From contig JBFEPE010000003.1 in the NCBI GenBank assembly GCA_041550235.1, positions 1,199-65,198 on the forward strand: 64,000 nt of DNA. Reading direction: 5' to 3'. Source of the stretch: Minisyncoccia bacterium (lineage in GTDB: Bacteria; Patescibacteriota; Minisyncoccia; UBA6257; JAAZHW01). Of the stretch, positions 10,377-20,598 are shown piece after piece; the stretch's first letter is position 1; every line of letters begins with the position of its first letter. The notes beneath the pieces are model-generated. The model saw only the letters and a program-made list of their open reading frames with translations, searched no databases and had not been told where the DNA came from. The position numbers were made by a program, and so were the translations under genes.

Positions 10377-10433
10377 TAAATAATATTTTTTGAAAATAAT
10401 TAAAAATGGTGTATTATAATAATATATAATTAT
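10377..10433 (+). promoter_or_regulatory. Promoter-like element, copy 2, upstream of the LOG gene
   Basis: 'ataaataatattttttgaaaataattaaaaatggtgtattataataatatataatta', near-identical to 9578-9630. Confidence 0.5.
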
Positions 10434-10439
10434 TATATT

Positions 10440-11171
10440 ATGAAAAATCAAAAAAAGAGACAAAAAGAGAAGGGGGGGAAAAAAATTATAAATGTTCCAT
10501 CAGTTAAATTAAAGGTGGATTCTTTAAATAGAATAAGTTTAGAAAAAATTGTGAGTGGAAAAATAAGGCAAGTCTCAAGAGAATTAGGCAAGGGGCTAAG
10601 ATTTATTAACAGCCACCCTCGCTCAGTAACAGTTTTCGGCTCAGCTAGATTTAAAGAAGATAATATCTATTATCAAAAAGCAAGAGAAATAGGAAGTTTG
10701 ATTATTGAGAATGGTTTTGCTGTTGTCACTGGAGGTGGCCCCGGCATAATGGAAGGTGCCAATAGGGGAGCATTTGAATCACAAGGTCCATCATTAGGAC
10801 TCACAATTGAATTGCCAACCGAACAGGTTATCAACCCTTATGTTAATGGTTATGAGAATTTTGAGTTTTTCTTCACAAGAAAACTTTGTCTTTCTTTCTC
10901 AGCCGAGGCCTTTATATTTATGCCCGGTGGCTATGGCACATTAGACGAGTTTTTTGAGATGATTACTTTAATCCAAACAAAAAAGATACCAAAAATTCCC
11001 GTTTTCTTATTCGGCTCTGAATTTTGGAAGCCATTAGATGATTTCATCAAAAAGTCTCTTATAGAGAAACATAAGACGATAAGCAAGGGCGATGAGAAAA
11101 TCTACACCATCACTGACGACCCAAAGAAAATGGTAAGAATGATTAAGAAGGCAAAGATAAGAATGGGATAA
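10440..11171 (+). CDS. LOG-family protein (TIGR00730, cytokinin riboside 5'-monophosphate phosphoribohydrolase-like)
   Basis: 'VTVFGSARF', 'VVTGGGPGIMEGANRGA', 'PGGYGTLDEFFE' are signature LOG motifs. Confidence 0.85.
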   Translation: MKNQKKRQKEKGGKKIINVPSVKLKVDSLNRISLEKIVSGKIRQVSRELGKGLRFINSHPRSVTVFGSARFKEDNIYYQKAREIGSLIIENGFAVVTGGGPGIMEGANRGAFESQGPSLGLTIELPTEQVINPYVNGYENFEFFFTRKLCLSFSAEAFIFMPGGYGTLDEFFEMITLIQTKKIPKIPVFLFGSEFWKPLDDFIKKSLIEKHKTISKGDEKIYTITDDPKKMVRMIKKAKIRMG

Positions 11172-11193
11172 TTTGATTTATAAATTTTAAAAA

Positions 11194-12279
11194 ATGGATA
11201 TATTATTATTTCTTATTTTAATAATTGGGATTGCCATATTGGTGGCGATGTTTTTAATTTGGAAAAAAATATCTTCACCTGAAAAAGACACAAAAAAAAA
11301 TAGCGAATCATTTCTATTGCTTCAAAATCAAATAAATCAAATTGTAAAAGCAATTGATGAAAAACTCGGAGAAAGCCGAAGAGAAATGACAAATGCAGTT
11401 CAAACCCAATTTAGCGAATCACAAAAATTGATAAAAAATGTTTTAGAGAGTAGCAGAGACATCACTGCAAAAGTTTCTCAAGTTCAAGAATCAAGCAAGC
11501 AAGTTTTTTCTTTAGCAGAACAACTTCAAAATTTAGAGAAGGTTTTGAAAAATCAAAAGCAGAGAGGAAATTTAGGTGAAATGGGCTTGGAATTAGTCTT
11601 ATCCAATATTTTATCGGCTGATACATATAAAATTCAATATCAATTTTCTGATGGCGATACAGTTGATGCAATAATAAAAACAAAGGAAGGAATAATTCCT
11701 GTTGATGCAAAATTTTCATTAGATAATTATCAAAGGGCGGCTGATGAAAAAGATGAGGCGAAAAAAGAAATCTTAGAAAAAGATTTTAAGAATGATTTAA
11801 AAAAGAGAATTGATGAGACGGCAAAATATATCAAACCAAAAGAGGGGACACTGCCTTTTGCTTTTATGTTTATTCCCGCCGAAGGAATTTATTATGATTT
11901 AATGGTAAATGAGGTGGGGTCATTGAAGTCAAATACAAGAAATTTGATTGATTATGCTTATAGGGATAAGAATGTGATAATTGTTTCGCCAACTACTTTT
12001 GCCGCCTATCTTCAATCGGTTCTTTATGGATTTCGTGCCTTTCAAATAGAGGAGCAGACCATTGAGATTAGAAAGAATGTTGATAATTTAAGAGTTCATA
12101 TATCAAAATATGAGGAATATATGAAGAAATTAGGGAATAATCTTTCGGCAACTGTTAATAGTTATAATTTTGCCGGCAAAGAATTTAAGAAAATAGATAA
12201 GGATATTTTAAAGATAAGCGGACAATCCGCCGGAGTAGAGCCAGTGCTAATTGATAAGCCCAGAAAAGAAGATGATTAG
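11194..12279 (+). CDS. rmuC: DNA recombination protein RmuC
   Basis: N-terminal TM, coiled-coil region, then 'FMFIPAEGIYYDL' and 'IIVSPTTFAAYLQSVLYGFRAFQIEEQ' typical of RmuC. Confidence 0.85.
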   Translation: MDILLFLILIIGIAILVAMFLIWKKISSPEKDTKKNSESFLLLQNQINQIVKAIDEKLGESRREMTNAVQTQFSESQKLIKNVLESSRDITAKVSQVQESSKQVFSLAEQLQNLEKVLKNQKQRGNLGEMGLELVLSNILSADTYKIQYQFSDGDTVDAIIKTKEGIIPVDAKFSLDNYQRAADEKDEAKKEILEKDFKNDLKKRIDETAKYIKPKEGTLPFAFMFIPAEGIYYDLMVNEVGSLKSNTRNLIDYAYRDKNVIIVSPTTFAAYLQSVLYGFRAFQIEEQTIEIRKNVDNLRVHISKYEEYMKKLGNNLSATVNSYNFAGKEFKKIDKDILKISGQSAGVEPVLIDKPRKEDD

Positions 12280-12380
12280 TTTTAATAAATAAAATGATTT
12301 TAATTTAGTTTACAAGATAGAATAATTTATCACCGAACTATTTATTTGCTTACAGGGAATAATTTTATTATAATGGCATT

Positions 12381-12599
12381 ATGAAAAATAAGATTTATAA
12401 AAAAGTATCTCAATATCCAGTGATAGTTCAAGAGGATGAATTGGGCGGTTTTTGGGTTAATTGCCCTGTATTAGAAGGTTGTTATTCTCAAGGAGAAACA
12501 ATTGATGAGGCTCTTAAGAATATCAAAGAATCAATCTCTCTTTGTTTGGAAGACATTTCAGAAAATAAAATTGATGAGAGAGCACACGAAGGCAAGTGA
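12381..12599 (+). CDS. hicB: HicB-family antitoxin
   Basis: 'GGFWVNCPVLEGCYSQGETIDEALKNIKESI' matches the HicB/UPF0150 fold signature; followed by hicA. Confidence 0.75.
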   Translation: MKNKIYKKVSQYPVIVQEDELGGFWVNCPVLEGCYSQGETIDEALKNIKESISLCLEDISENKIDERAHEGK

Positions 12600-12623
12600 G
12601 CCTTCACTTTATAAAAGCTTAAT

Positions 12624-12848
12624 ATGGGTAAATTAAGAGGTTTTTCTGCAAAAGCTGTCATCAGTAAATTAGAAAAAATTGGTTATCAAATTTCTCGCAC
12701 AAAAGGGAGCCATGTTAGAATTGAGCATCCAAATAAAAGAGATTATAAATCAATCACTATCCCTAATCATAAGGAATTAAAAATCGGGTTATTATCCCAA
12801 ATAATTAGAGATGTGAAATTGTCTATTGATGAGTTTTTGAAGTTATAG
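12624..12848 (+). CDS. hicA: HicA-family mRNA interferase toxin
   Basis: 'KLEKIGYQISRTKGSHVRIEHP' is the canonical HicA (YcfA) motif. Confidence 0.8.
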   Translation: MGKLRGFSAKAVISKLEKIGYQISRTKGSHVRIEHPNKRDYKSITIPNHKELKIGLLSQIIRDVKLSIDEFLKL

Positions 12849-12948
12849 GAATTGGTCTATATAAGATTTGCGGAGTCGTTTTTGAAAAAGGACAATTATA
12901 GGAATTATCCTCTGTGCCTAAATTTTTAATGCCCTTATAAATATTGAA

Positions 12949-14538
12949 ATGGTTGATAAAATGATTTATGCTAAATACATGATATCAAAGATATTAAATC
13001 ATCAATCAAAGACTATTACCAAAGGGGCTTTTATTATAGCCATTTTTTATATCATCAACGGAGCAATGGCCTTATTAAGAAACGGGCTTTTAGCAGGAAA
13101 ATTTGGAGCCGAAAGAAATTTAGATATATATTATGCTGCTTTTAGAATCCCCGATTTCCTTTATGCAATCTTAATAGCCGGCGCCTTATCAGCTGCCCTT
13201 ATCCCATTATTTATAGAAAAATTAAATATATCCAAAGAAAAAGCATGGGAATTTAGCAGTAAGGTTTTATCAGTATTTACCCTGATATTATTATTAGGAG
13301 CAATTATCACAATAATATTCGCCCCGTTTTTAGCAAAACTCATTGCCCCAGGATTTAGTTTGGCTCATCAAAAAATGGTCGCTCATCTCACAAGAATAAT
13401 GATGATTCAGCCAATTCTATTAGGCCTTTCAAATATTGTTGTAGGAATTCTCCAAAGCTTCAAAAGATTTTTAATCACATCATTATCACCAATTTTATAT
13501 AATTTAGGAATAATTACTGGAATTATTTTTCTCTACCCACTTTTAGGAATATCAGGATTAGCAGTGGGAGTGGTTCTCGGAGCAGTTTTTCATTTTGCCA
13601 TTCAACTACCTTCTTTAAAAGGATTAGATTTTAAATTTAGATTTTTGCCAAAATTTAAAGATAAAGATATAAAAGAGGTTTTTAAATTGATGATTCCAAG
13701 GGTTGCCGGGCTAATGTCGGTTCATATAAATTTTTTAGCAATAACTATTATTGCTTCCAGTTTGGCGGTTGGCTCTTTGGCAATTTTTAACTTTGCCAAT
13801 GATTTGCAATCGCTTCCGCAAAATATTTTTGCAATTTCTTTTGCTATTGCCAGTTTCCCAATATTGGCAGGACTTTCAAAAAATAAGGAAGAATTTAATA
13901 ATGAGATTCAAAAAACAATTAAGAATATATTATTTTTTATCATTCCAGTATCATTTTTATTTTTCTTTTTGAAAAATGAGATAATAGGAATAACTTTGAA
14001 TTATGGTAGATTTGATTTTGGAGATGTCTTTTTGGTAAGCAAGGCAGTAGGAATTTTTTCATTATCATTAGTTGCACAAGGATTATTGCCACTATTGATT
14101 AGAGCATTTTTTGCTCTAAAAAATTCTATTCAGCCATTTTTGGCTGGGCTAATTGCCAATTTATTTAATATTATTTTAGGGATTATTCTTTCTAAAAAAT
14201 TTGGAATATTGGGATTGGTTTCTGCCTTTGCTATTTCATCATGGTTGAATTTGGTTGCTTTGATAATCCTTCTTTATTTTAAAAAAGGAATAAACTTATT
14301 AAAGATTTCATTATTAAAGAGTGTGGGGAGAATTTTATTGTCATCTGTTTTCTTGGGTGCCTTTTGCTTGATTGGAAAAAATATTCCCATTTGGCTTGGA
14401 TTAGATGCTTCTTCTTGGGCGATTAATTTTATTAGCTTAATTGCTGGGGGAGTATTAGGGGTTGGAATATATATTGTTTTCCTAATTTTAATATCCGCCC
14501 CGGAAATATATTTCTTAAAAAAGTATTTTGGTAAATAA
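12949..14538 (+). CDS. murJ: Lipid II flippase MurJ (MviN)
   Basis: 'DIYYAAFRIPDFLYAILIAGALSAALIPLF' is the MurJ N-terminal signature; polytopic membrane protein; the true start is probably a downstream Met. Confidence 0.85.
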   Translation: MVDKMIYAKYMISKILNHQSKTITKGAFIIAIFYIINGAMALLRNGLLAGKFGAERNLDIYYAAFRIPDFLYAILIAGALSAALIPLFIEKLNISKEKAWEFSSKVLSVFTLILLLGAIITIIFAPFLAKLIAPGFSLAHQKMVAHLTRIMMIQPILLGLSNIVVGILQSFKRFLITSLSPILYNLGIITGIIFLYPLLGISGLAVGVVLGAVFHFAIQLPSLKGLDFKFRFLPKFKDKDIKEVFKLMIPRVAGLMSVHINFLAITIIASSLAVGSLAIFNFANDLQSLPQNIFAISFAIASFPILAGLSKNKEEFNNEIQKTIKNILFFIIPVSFLFFFLKNEIIGITLNYGRFDFGDVFLVSKAVGIFSLSLVAQGLLPLLIRAFFALKNSIQPFLAGLIANLFNIILGIILSKKFGILGLVSAFAISSWLNLVALIILLYFKKGINLLKISLLKSVGRILLSSVFLGAFCLIGKNIPIWLGLDASSWAINFISLIAGGVLGVGIYIVFLILISAPEIYFLKKYFGK

Positions 14539-14623
14539 GTAGAATTTACTCAGTGGGGGTCCCGCATTTTTTTAAAAAATTTTGCTGGATTTTTGGGTTA
14601 AAATGTTTTAGAATGGTTTCAAT

Positions 14624-16057
14624 ATGGAAACAAAAATGGAAAAAATTGTCTCATTAGCCAAAAGACGAGGATTTGTCTTTCCTAATTCAGAAATATATGG
14701 GGGATTAGCAAGTGCTTATGATTATGGTCCTTTGGGGGTGGAATTAAAGAATAATATTAAAAAACTTTGGTGGAAGTTTTTTATTCAAGATAGGGAAGAT
14801 ATGGTTGGTATTGATGGAAATATAATCTCCTCGCCAAAGGTTTGGGAAGCAAGCGGACATATAGAAAATTTTAAAGATCCAATGATTGAGTGTAAAAATT
14901 GTCATGCTAGATATAGAGCCGATAAGGGCGGAAAAAAATTAAAGATTAAATTAAATAAATTAATTGAGGGCTTTGATAAAAATTTGAAGACCGGCGCTGA
15001 TATTCCCACTTATAGAGATTCAGATGTTGATTTAAGTGGAAATTGCGATTTTTGTGGGGCAAAGCCAAATGGTGAGAATTTTACACCGCCAAGAAGTTTT
15101 AGTGGGATGTTTAGAACACACTTAGGACCAGTTGAAGAGAATGCTGAAATAGTTTATCTCCGCCCTGAGACCGCTCAGAACATTTTCATAAATTATAAAA
15201 ATATTTTAAATTCGACAAATAAAAAAATACCTTTTGGGATTGGGCAGATAGGCAAGGCATTTAGAAACGAAATAACAACTGGACAATTTATTTTTAGAAC
15301 ATTTGAATTTGAGCAAATGGAAATAGAATACTTTATTCCCGACCCGGAATTAACCGGTTTTGATTGGGAGAAAAGTTTTGATGAATGGAAAGAAAAAATG
15401 AATCAATTCGCCGAGATGATTGGATTAAAAAAAGATGAGTTTGAAAATATAGAAATTTCAAAAGAAGAAAGAGCATTTTATTCAAAAAGAACAATTGATA
15501 CTGAATATAAATATCCTTTTGGGCAAGAGGAATTATGGGGATTAGCATATAGAGGGAATTATGATTTGTCTCGCCATCAGGATTATTCAAAAGAAGACTT
15601 GAGATATTTTGATGAGAAATTAGAAGGAAAAGAAAAGAAATATTTGCCTCATGTTATTGAGCCGTCATTTGGGGTTGATAGAGCATTGTTGGCAGTTTTA
15701 TGCTCCGCCTATGATGATAGCGAAAAGGAAAGAATTGTTTTGAAATTGCCACCGGTATTAGCCCCTTATAAAATTGCCGTAGCCCCTCTTTTGGGAAATA
15801 AGCCCGAACTTATAGAAAAAGCAAGAAGTGTTTTTGAATTATTAAAGAAAGAATGGCATTGTGTTTGGGATGATAGGGGAAATATAGGGAAAAGATATAA
15901 GAGTCAAGATGAGATAGGCACTCCATATTTTGTGGTGATTGATTTTGATTCATTGGAGGATGATTCGGTTACTATTAGAGATAGGGATACTATGGAGCAG
16001 AAGAGAATTAAGATAAGCGATTTAGAAAAATACTTTGAGAATAAGTTTAGTTTTTAG
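14624..16057 (+). CDS. glyQS: Glycine--tRNA ligase (dimeric class II type)
   Basis: 'RRGFVFPNSEIYGGLASAYDYGPLGVELKNNIK', 'YLRPETAQNIF', class II motifs. Confidence 0.9.
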   Translation: METKMEKIVSLAKRRGFVFPNSEIYGGLASAYDYGPLGVELKNNIKKLWWKFFIQDREDMVGIDGNIISSPKVWEASGHIENFKDPMIECKNCHARYRADKGGKKLKIKLNKLIEGFDKNLKTGADIPTYRDSDVDLSGNCDFCGAKPNGENFTPPRSFSGMFRTHLGPVEENAEIVYLRPETAQNIFINYKNILNSTNKKIPFGIGQIGKAFRNEITTGQFIFRTFEFEQMEIEYFIPDPELTGFDWEKSFDEWKEKMNQFAEMIGLKKDEFENIEISKEERAFYSKRTIDTEYKYPFGQEELWGLAYRGNYDLSRHQDYSKEDLRYFDEKLEGKEKKYLPHVIEPSFGVDRALLAVLCSAYDDSEKERIVLKLPPVLAPYKIAVAPLLGNKPELIEKARSVFELLKKEWHCVWDDRGNIGKRYKSQDEIGTPYFVVIDFDSLEDDSVTIRDRDTMEQKRIKISDLEKYFENKFSF

Positions 16058-16099
16058 CAATAAATAAATGTGTTATGGTATAGGTAATCAAATTGTAAT

Positions 16100-16444
16100 A
16101 TGCTTAAGATATTTCTAAAAGATAAAATTATTATGATTTCATTATCATCGGCAATATTAATATTTATTATCTCTATTTTGATATTGTCTTTGAATATTTC
16201 ACCCGGTGGGAATAATTTTGTCGTTCATTATAAGGCATTAGGTGGAATAGATTTATTTGGATCGCGAGGAGATGTTTATTATCCAATTTTTGCTGGAGCG
16301 ATTATTTTGATAATTAATGTATTTTTAGGTATATTATTTTGGAGCAGAATAAGAAAATTATCATACTTAGCCATAGCATCACTACCAGTTTTAGAAATAA
16401 TAATTTTAATCACTTGCTTTAATTTAGCCTATATTAATCGATAA
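16100..16444 (+). CDS. Small hypothetical membrane protein (114 aa)
   Basis: Three predicted hydrophobic helices; no motif. Confidence 0.45.
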   Translation: MLKIFLKDKIIMISLSSAILIFIISILILSLNISPGGNNFVVHYKALGGIDLFGSRGDVYYPIFAGAIILIINVFLGILFWSRIRKLSYLAIASLPVLEIIILITCFNLAYINR

Positions 16445-16450
16445 GAAAGA

Positions 16451-16495
16451 GGCGAGACTGCCCCCGCCTACGGCGGGGGGAGAGATTGTCTCGGT
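16451..16495. repeat. GC-rich hairpin 'gcgagactgcccccgcctacggcggggggagagattgtctcg'
   Basis: Inverted repeat with a C(UACG)G loop core; followed by an 'atcatcgcg' box shared with 2583-2600 and 47085-47100. Confidence 0.75.
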
Positions 16496-16561
16496 TTATC
16501 ATCGCGGGCAGGACGGTGTAAAATAATATAAATTACTTGAAACACAATAAATAATAATAAT

Positions 16562-16864
16562 TTGCTTCATATCAATAATTCAAAAAATATGCATAATATT
16601 AAATATTTAATAAAGAAAAAAATAAATCAATTAGGATTAAAGAAAAAATTTGATGAGGCGAGTATTTGTAAGATAGTGAATGAATTTATTGAAGCCCATC
16701 TGTTAGGGGCTGAGGTTCGGGCGGAGGCATATCATAATGGCTCTTTAATTATTAAGGCAAATAATGCAGTTGGAGCAAATGAGATATATTTTTTTCAGGA
16801 AGAATTAAGGTTTTTTCTAAAGCAAAATAATTTCTCAATCAGAAATATAAGGATAGTTTATTGA
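16562..16864 (+). CDS. DUF721/DciA-like small protein
   Basis: Pattern 'I..EFIEAHLLGAEV..EAYHNGSLIIKANNAVGANEIYFFQEELRFFL' resembles DUF721; tentative. Confidence 0.4.
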   Translation: MLHINNSKNMHNIKYLIKKKINQLGLKKKFDEASICKIVNEFIEAHLLGAEVRAEAYHNGSLIIKANNAVGANEIYFFQEELRFFLKQNNFSIRNIRIVY

Positions 16865-16932
16865 TTTTAAAAAAATAGGTCTTCCACACCCTGCTTGTTT
16901 TCGTCCTTTATTTTTGGTTATATTGATTGAAA

Positions 16933-16964
16933 TATCCTCGCCCCGCTTCGCGGGGCGAGGATAT
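16933..16964. repeat. GC-rich palindrome 'atatcctcgccccgcttcgcggggcgaggatat'
   Basis: Perfect inverted repeat with a UUCG loop. Confidence 0.8.
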
Positions 16965-17128
16965 GAGGCGGTTTTATTCATGGCACATCTATTATATTTT
17001 TTAAAATTTTTATTTCCTAACTAATTATCAGATATTTAAAATAGGTTTTCCACACTTTATGGTGATATTATTATTTTGAATGTCTTAAGGAGTAATATAT
17101 TATATAATTAGATTAGGAGGAAAGGAAA

Positions 17129-17281
17129 ATGATAATAAAATCTAAAATAAAAATTTTTGTGGCTACAATCATCGCCATTATTATTCTTGTGATAATTGCC
17201 ATTATAGAGGGTCCTCATTCTCTCGGTGAAATTATAGATTGGATAGTTGATGGGCTATCCAATGCAATGATTGGACCTTAA
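17129..17281 (+). CDS. Unannotated small membrane peptide (50 aa, MIIKSKIKIFVATIIAIIILVIIAIIEGPHSLGEIIDWIVDGLSNAMIGP)
   Basis: Strong RBS 'taggaggaaaggaaa' before the ATG; single hydrophobic helix; terminator downstream; below the ORF-track length cutoff. Confidence 0.4.
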   Translation: MIIKSKIKIFVATIIAIIILVIIAIIEGPHSLGEIIDWIVDGLSNAMIGP

Positions 17282-17324
17282 TCATTTGATTGTTTGCTCC
17301 ACTTACTCCATCTTATTATATTGC

Positions 17325-17372
17325 CCAATCAAATCAACCCGCATATTTATTGGCGGGTCTTTTTTAAAAATT
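17325..17372. terminator. Bidirectional hairpin terminator (acccgc...gcgggt) between the small ORF (+) and argS (-)
   Basis: 'caacccgcatatttattggcgggtctttttt' with U-runs on both strands. Confidence 0.55.
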
Positions 17373-17373
17373 A

Positions 17374-19239
17374 TTAAATCCTGTTTAGTTCCTCCATGCC
17401 AATTAATCTCATTATTTCTCTCATTATTTCTCTAATTTTTTCAAGCAAAAATAATCTAGCAATTTTGATTGATTCTTCACTCTTGATTATAGAATGCTTC
17501 TCATAATATGAATTAAAGAGGCGAGAGATATTTATTAAGTATTGAGCTAAAATATTTGGGCGAAGAGATTCAAATGCCTCTTCAATAATCTCTTCTTTTT
17601 TTGATATTTCCTTTATAATCTCCCATTCTAAATTTTCGTTTAGATTATTTATGATATTATTATCAATACTGCTTATATCAATATCATTATATTCTGCCTT
17701 TTCAAAAATACTGGAAATTCTAGCAAAAGTATATAGAACATACATACCTGTGTCGCCCTTTAAATCAATTGCTTTATTTAAATCAAAGACAATATCTTGC
17801 TGAATATCTGTCTTTATAAAATCAAATCTAATCACTCCCATCGCTATTTTATTATGAGAAATTTCTTTATTTTCAGAGCCACTCTTTATTTTTTCTATTA
17901 GCATATCAAATAAACCATCAATAGTTACGAACCATCCTTTTCGACTGGAAAAAGGCAATCTATCTTGCTTTTTTTCTTTTTCAGTGAGATTAAATTCAAA
18001 ATCAATAAGAGTTTGAGGTGTGAGATAGACAACACCATAAGCCAAGTGATGATATTTTTTATCGCCCTTTAGATATCCAAGCATTTTCAACGCCGTTTTA
18101 ACAACATTTTGAGCATATGTTTGACGATTATCAACAACGGCTATCGCCCTATCATAATTTCCAAAATCTTTTTTTTCTGATTCTTTCTTTTCTGATGATG
18201 TAGTAAAAATCCAATCTTTGTTTGATTGTTGAACTAATTTTTTATAGAAGAAGTCTCTATCTAAAAACCCAAGCTTCCAAATTGCATAGACAATATCTTT
18301 GGCGGGGTATGTTATTGTGCCATCACTTCTTATTAATATCTGATAGGGATTGCGAGTATTCTTAAACTCCTCCTCCTCTGATAAGTCTAAAATCCAGCAT
18401 CCTTTTGCTTCGCCCTTGTCGGCGAACTTAACAAAGCCCATTGATTTTAATTTTTCTATCGTTTCTTTGAAAAATCCCAGTTTCAGAATATCAGTTTCCC
18501 ATGTGACAAAGTCAAAAAAAGAATTTATTTTCCAGCATGATTCAAATTGGGCAATGGCACATCGGCGAGTATATTCTTTGTGAAGTTTTGATATTTTTAG
18601 ATTATCATTTTTTTCTATATGAGAAATAATGCTTGATATTTGTTTTTTGAAATTTTCGCCACCCTCTTCTTCTCTTTTTTTCATACTCATATAAATCTCA
18701 CCACTATAATGATCAAATTTTTTATCTGTTTTTAGGGGGTAATTGTAATACAAATGACCAACTAAATTATAACCGACATTAACTCCTGAGTCGTCCCCAT
18801 AAGTACCTGCATGAGTTTCATATCCTAAATATTTTGAGATTTTGACTAATGAATCGCCAATACAAATATTTCTTGCCTGTCCTAAATGAAGGGGCTTGTT
18901 TGGATTTGCACTTAGATATTCAATTAAAACCTTTTTATCTTTTTTTAAACTTTCTTTAATTTCATTTGGGGAAAAAATATCTTTCATCACTTCTTTTTTG
19001 TTTAGATGTATATTTAGATAAGGTCCTTTTATTTCTGTTTTTGAGATTAAATTATCCTTAATAATTTCTTTAAATTTTTCGGCGATTTTATTCGGTGATA
19101 ATTTTAATTCTTTAGAGAATTGAAAGCAGGGGAGAGAAAAATCACCCCAATCTGATTCGGGTGGAATTTCTAATTTGATATCTTTTATTCCTAATTGATT
19201 TTCTAATAGTTTTTCAATTTTTATTCTTATTTGATTCAT
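17374..19239 (-). CDS. argS: Arginine--tRNA ligase
   Basis: 'SANPNKPLHLGQARNICIGDSL' HIGH-region equivalent and a C-terminal DALR-like anticodon-binding region; long (621 aa), with insertions. Confidence 0.85.
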   Translation of the reverse strand: MNQIRIKIEKLLENQLGIKDIKLEIPPESDWGDFSLPCFQFSKELKLSPNKIAEKFKEIIKDNLISKTEIKGPYLNIHLNKKEVMKDIFSPNEIKESLKKDKKVLIEYLSANPNKPLHLGQARNICIGDSLVKISKYLGYETHAGTYGDDSGVNVGYNLVGHLYYNYPLKTDKKFDHYSGEIYMSMKKREEEGGENFKKQISSIISHIEKNDNLKISKLHKEYTRRCAIAQFESCWKINSFFDFVTWETDILKLGFFKETIEKLKSMGFVKFADKGEAKGCWILDLSEEEEFKNTRNPYQILIRSDGTITYPAKDIVYAIWKLGFLDRDFFYKKLVQQSNKDWIFTTSSEKKESEKKDFGNYDRAIAVVDNRQTYAQNVVKTALKMLGYLKGDKKYHHLAYGVVYLTPQTLIDFEFNLTEKEKKQDRLPFSSRKGWFVTIDGLFDMLIEKIKSGSENKEISHNKIAMGVIRFDFIKTDIQQDIVFDLNKAIDLKGDTGMYVLYTFARISSIFEKAEYNDIDISSIDNNIINNLNENLEWEIIKEISKKEEIIEEAFESLRPNILAQYLINISRLFNSYYEKHSIIKSEESIKIARLFLLEKIREIMREIMRLIGMEELNRI

Positions 19240-19241
19240 TT

Positions 19242-20018
19242 TTATGAATTATTATTTTCTTGCCTTAATTTCTCATACAAAATAATTCCTGCTGAAACGC
19301 TCACATTTAATGAATCAATTCCTTCTTTCATCGGAATTGATATTTTCTTATCAATTTTTTCCATAATCTTAGATGAGACTCCAACATCTTCTGCTCCGAG
19401 GATAAAGGCAGATGGTCCTTTTAATGTTTCCTTAAAATAATTTTTTCCGCTCATATCAATAGCAAAGATATTTATTCCATTTTTCTTTAATTCATTTATT
19501 GATTCAAAGATGCTCATTTCAATAATGGGTATTCTCACGATTGCCCCCATAGAAATATGAACCGTCTCTTCGTTTATTATAGAATCTCTTTTTGCTTGTG
19601 TGATAATTCCATTAACCCCTACTCCACAAGCCGTTCTAAATATCGCCCCAATATTTTGAGCATATTTTACATTATTTAAAACAATAAAGAATGGGTCTTC
19701 TCCTTTCTGATAAAGATGGTCTAATAATTTATCTAATCGCCAAAAGTTTTCTGGCGAAATTATTGCTGATATATTATCAAATCCTGATGAGTTTTTTCTT
19801 TTGGGTAATTTTTTGACAGGTAATTTTTCAATTGGTATTTTTCTTTCAGATGACATTTTTATTATTTCTTTTATTTTGTCGTCTTTATTTATATGGTCGG
19901 ACATTATTATTTTTTCAAATTTTGTATTATTCTCAAGAAGCTCCAATATAGCATTTTTATTTTTTATTTTAATTGTATGTGATGGCATATTTTTAATGTG
20001 GCATAAATCATAATTCAT
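19242..20018 (-). CDS. SpoU/TrmH-family RNA 2'-O-methyltransferase (RlmB-like)
   Basis: 'NIGAIFRTACGVGVNGII', 'ISIPMKEGIDSLNVSVSAGIILYE' SPOUT motifs; N-terminal substrate-binding-like domain. Confidence 0.8.
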   Translation of the reverse strand: MNYDLCHIKNMPSHTIKIKNKNAILELLENNTKFEKIIMSDHINKDDKIKEIIKMSSERKIPIEKLPVKKLPKRKNSSGFDNISAIISPENFWRLDKLLDHLYQKGEDPFFIVLNNVKYAQNIGAIFRTACGVGVNGIITQAKRDSIINEETVHISMGAIVRIPIIEMSIFESINELKKNGINIFAIDMSGKNYFKETLKGPSAFILGAEDVGVSSKIMEKIDKKISIPMKEGIDSLNVSVSAGIILYEKLRQENNNS

Positions 20019-20142
20019 TATGCCATAAATCCCCCTTCTTTCAAAATCAAGTCTTGGTTTAATATAAAATAAGCCATCGGCTTTATTTTTTGATTTATTT
20101 TGGTAAGATATGAGTATGATTTTAATAAAATGGGTTGTTCTA

Positions 20143-20265
20143 ATTCTCTTCTCCCGCCTACGGCGGGAGAAGAGAATGTGTGGTTTTTAAATATAAGTGA
20201 TTATTCTTAATGCCTCCTACCGCCAAAGGTGGCACATCCGCCTATGGCGGAGCGGGGGAGAGGCA
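20143..20265. repeat. Cluster of GC-rich hairpins upstream of rpmF (20143-20177 'attctcttctcccgcctacggcgggagaagagaat'; 20211-20265 nested hairpin)
   Basis: Inverted repeats; the 'ggtggcacatccgcctatggcggag' box recurs at 46870-46896. Confidence 0.75.
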
Positions 20266-20354
20266 TGATGCTATACTATAATTTAAAAATACTGGCTTGT
20301 ATTTTTTTATTTTTGTATTATTATAATTAACGAATTAAATAAATTATAATCAAT

Positions 20355-20588
20355 ATGGCAGTTCCAAAGAAACATCATACAAGTAGTAGGGTGAGACGAA
20401 GAAGATCCCATCTTGCCTTAAAAAAGAGCGACTTGACTCCTTGTCCAAGGTGTCAGACTGATAAGCCATCACATCGCTATTGTCCAAGTTGCGGATTTTA
20501 TAAAGACAAAGAAGTTGTTGATGTTTTAGCATCTCTTTCTAGGAAAGAGAAGAAGGAGAGACAGAAAGAGTTAGATAGGAAGGAATAA
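20355..20588 (+). CDS. rpmF: 50S ribosomal protein L32 with a C-terminal K/E-rich extension
   Basis: 'MAVPKKHHTSSRVRRRRSH', 'CPRCQTDKPSHRYCPSCGFY' zinc ribbon. Confidence 0.9.
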   Translation: MAVPKKHHTSSRVRRRRSHLALKKSDLTPCPRCQTDKPSHRYCPSCGFYKDKEVVDVLASLSRKEKKERQKELDRKE

Positions 20589-20598
20589 TAGAACATGC

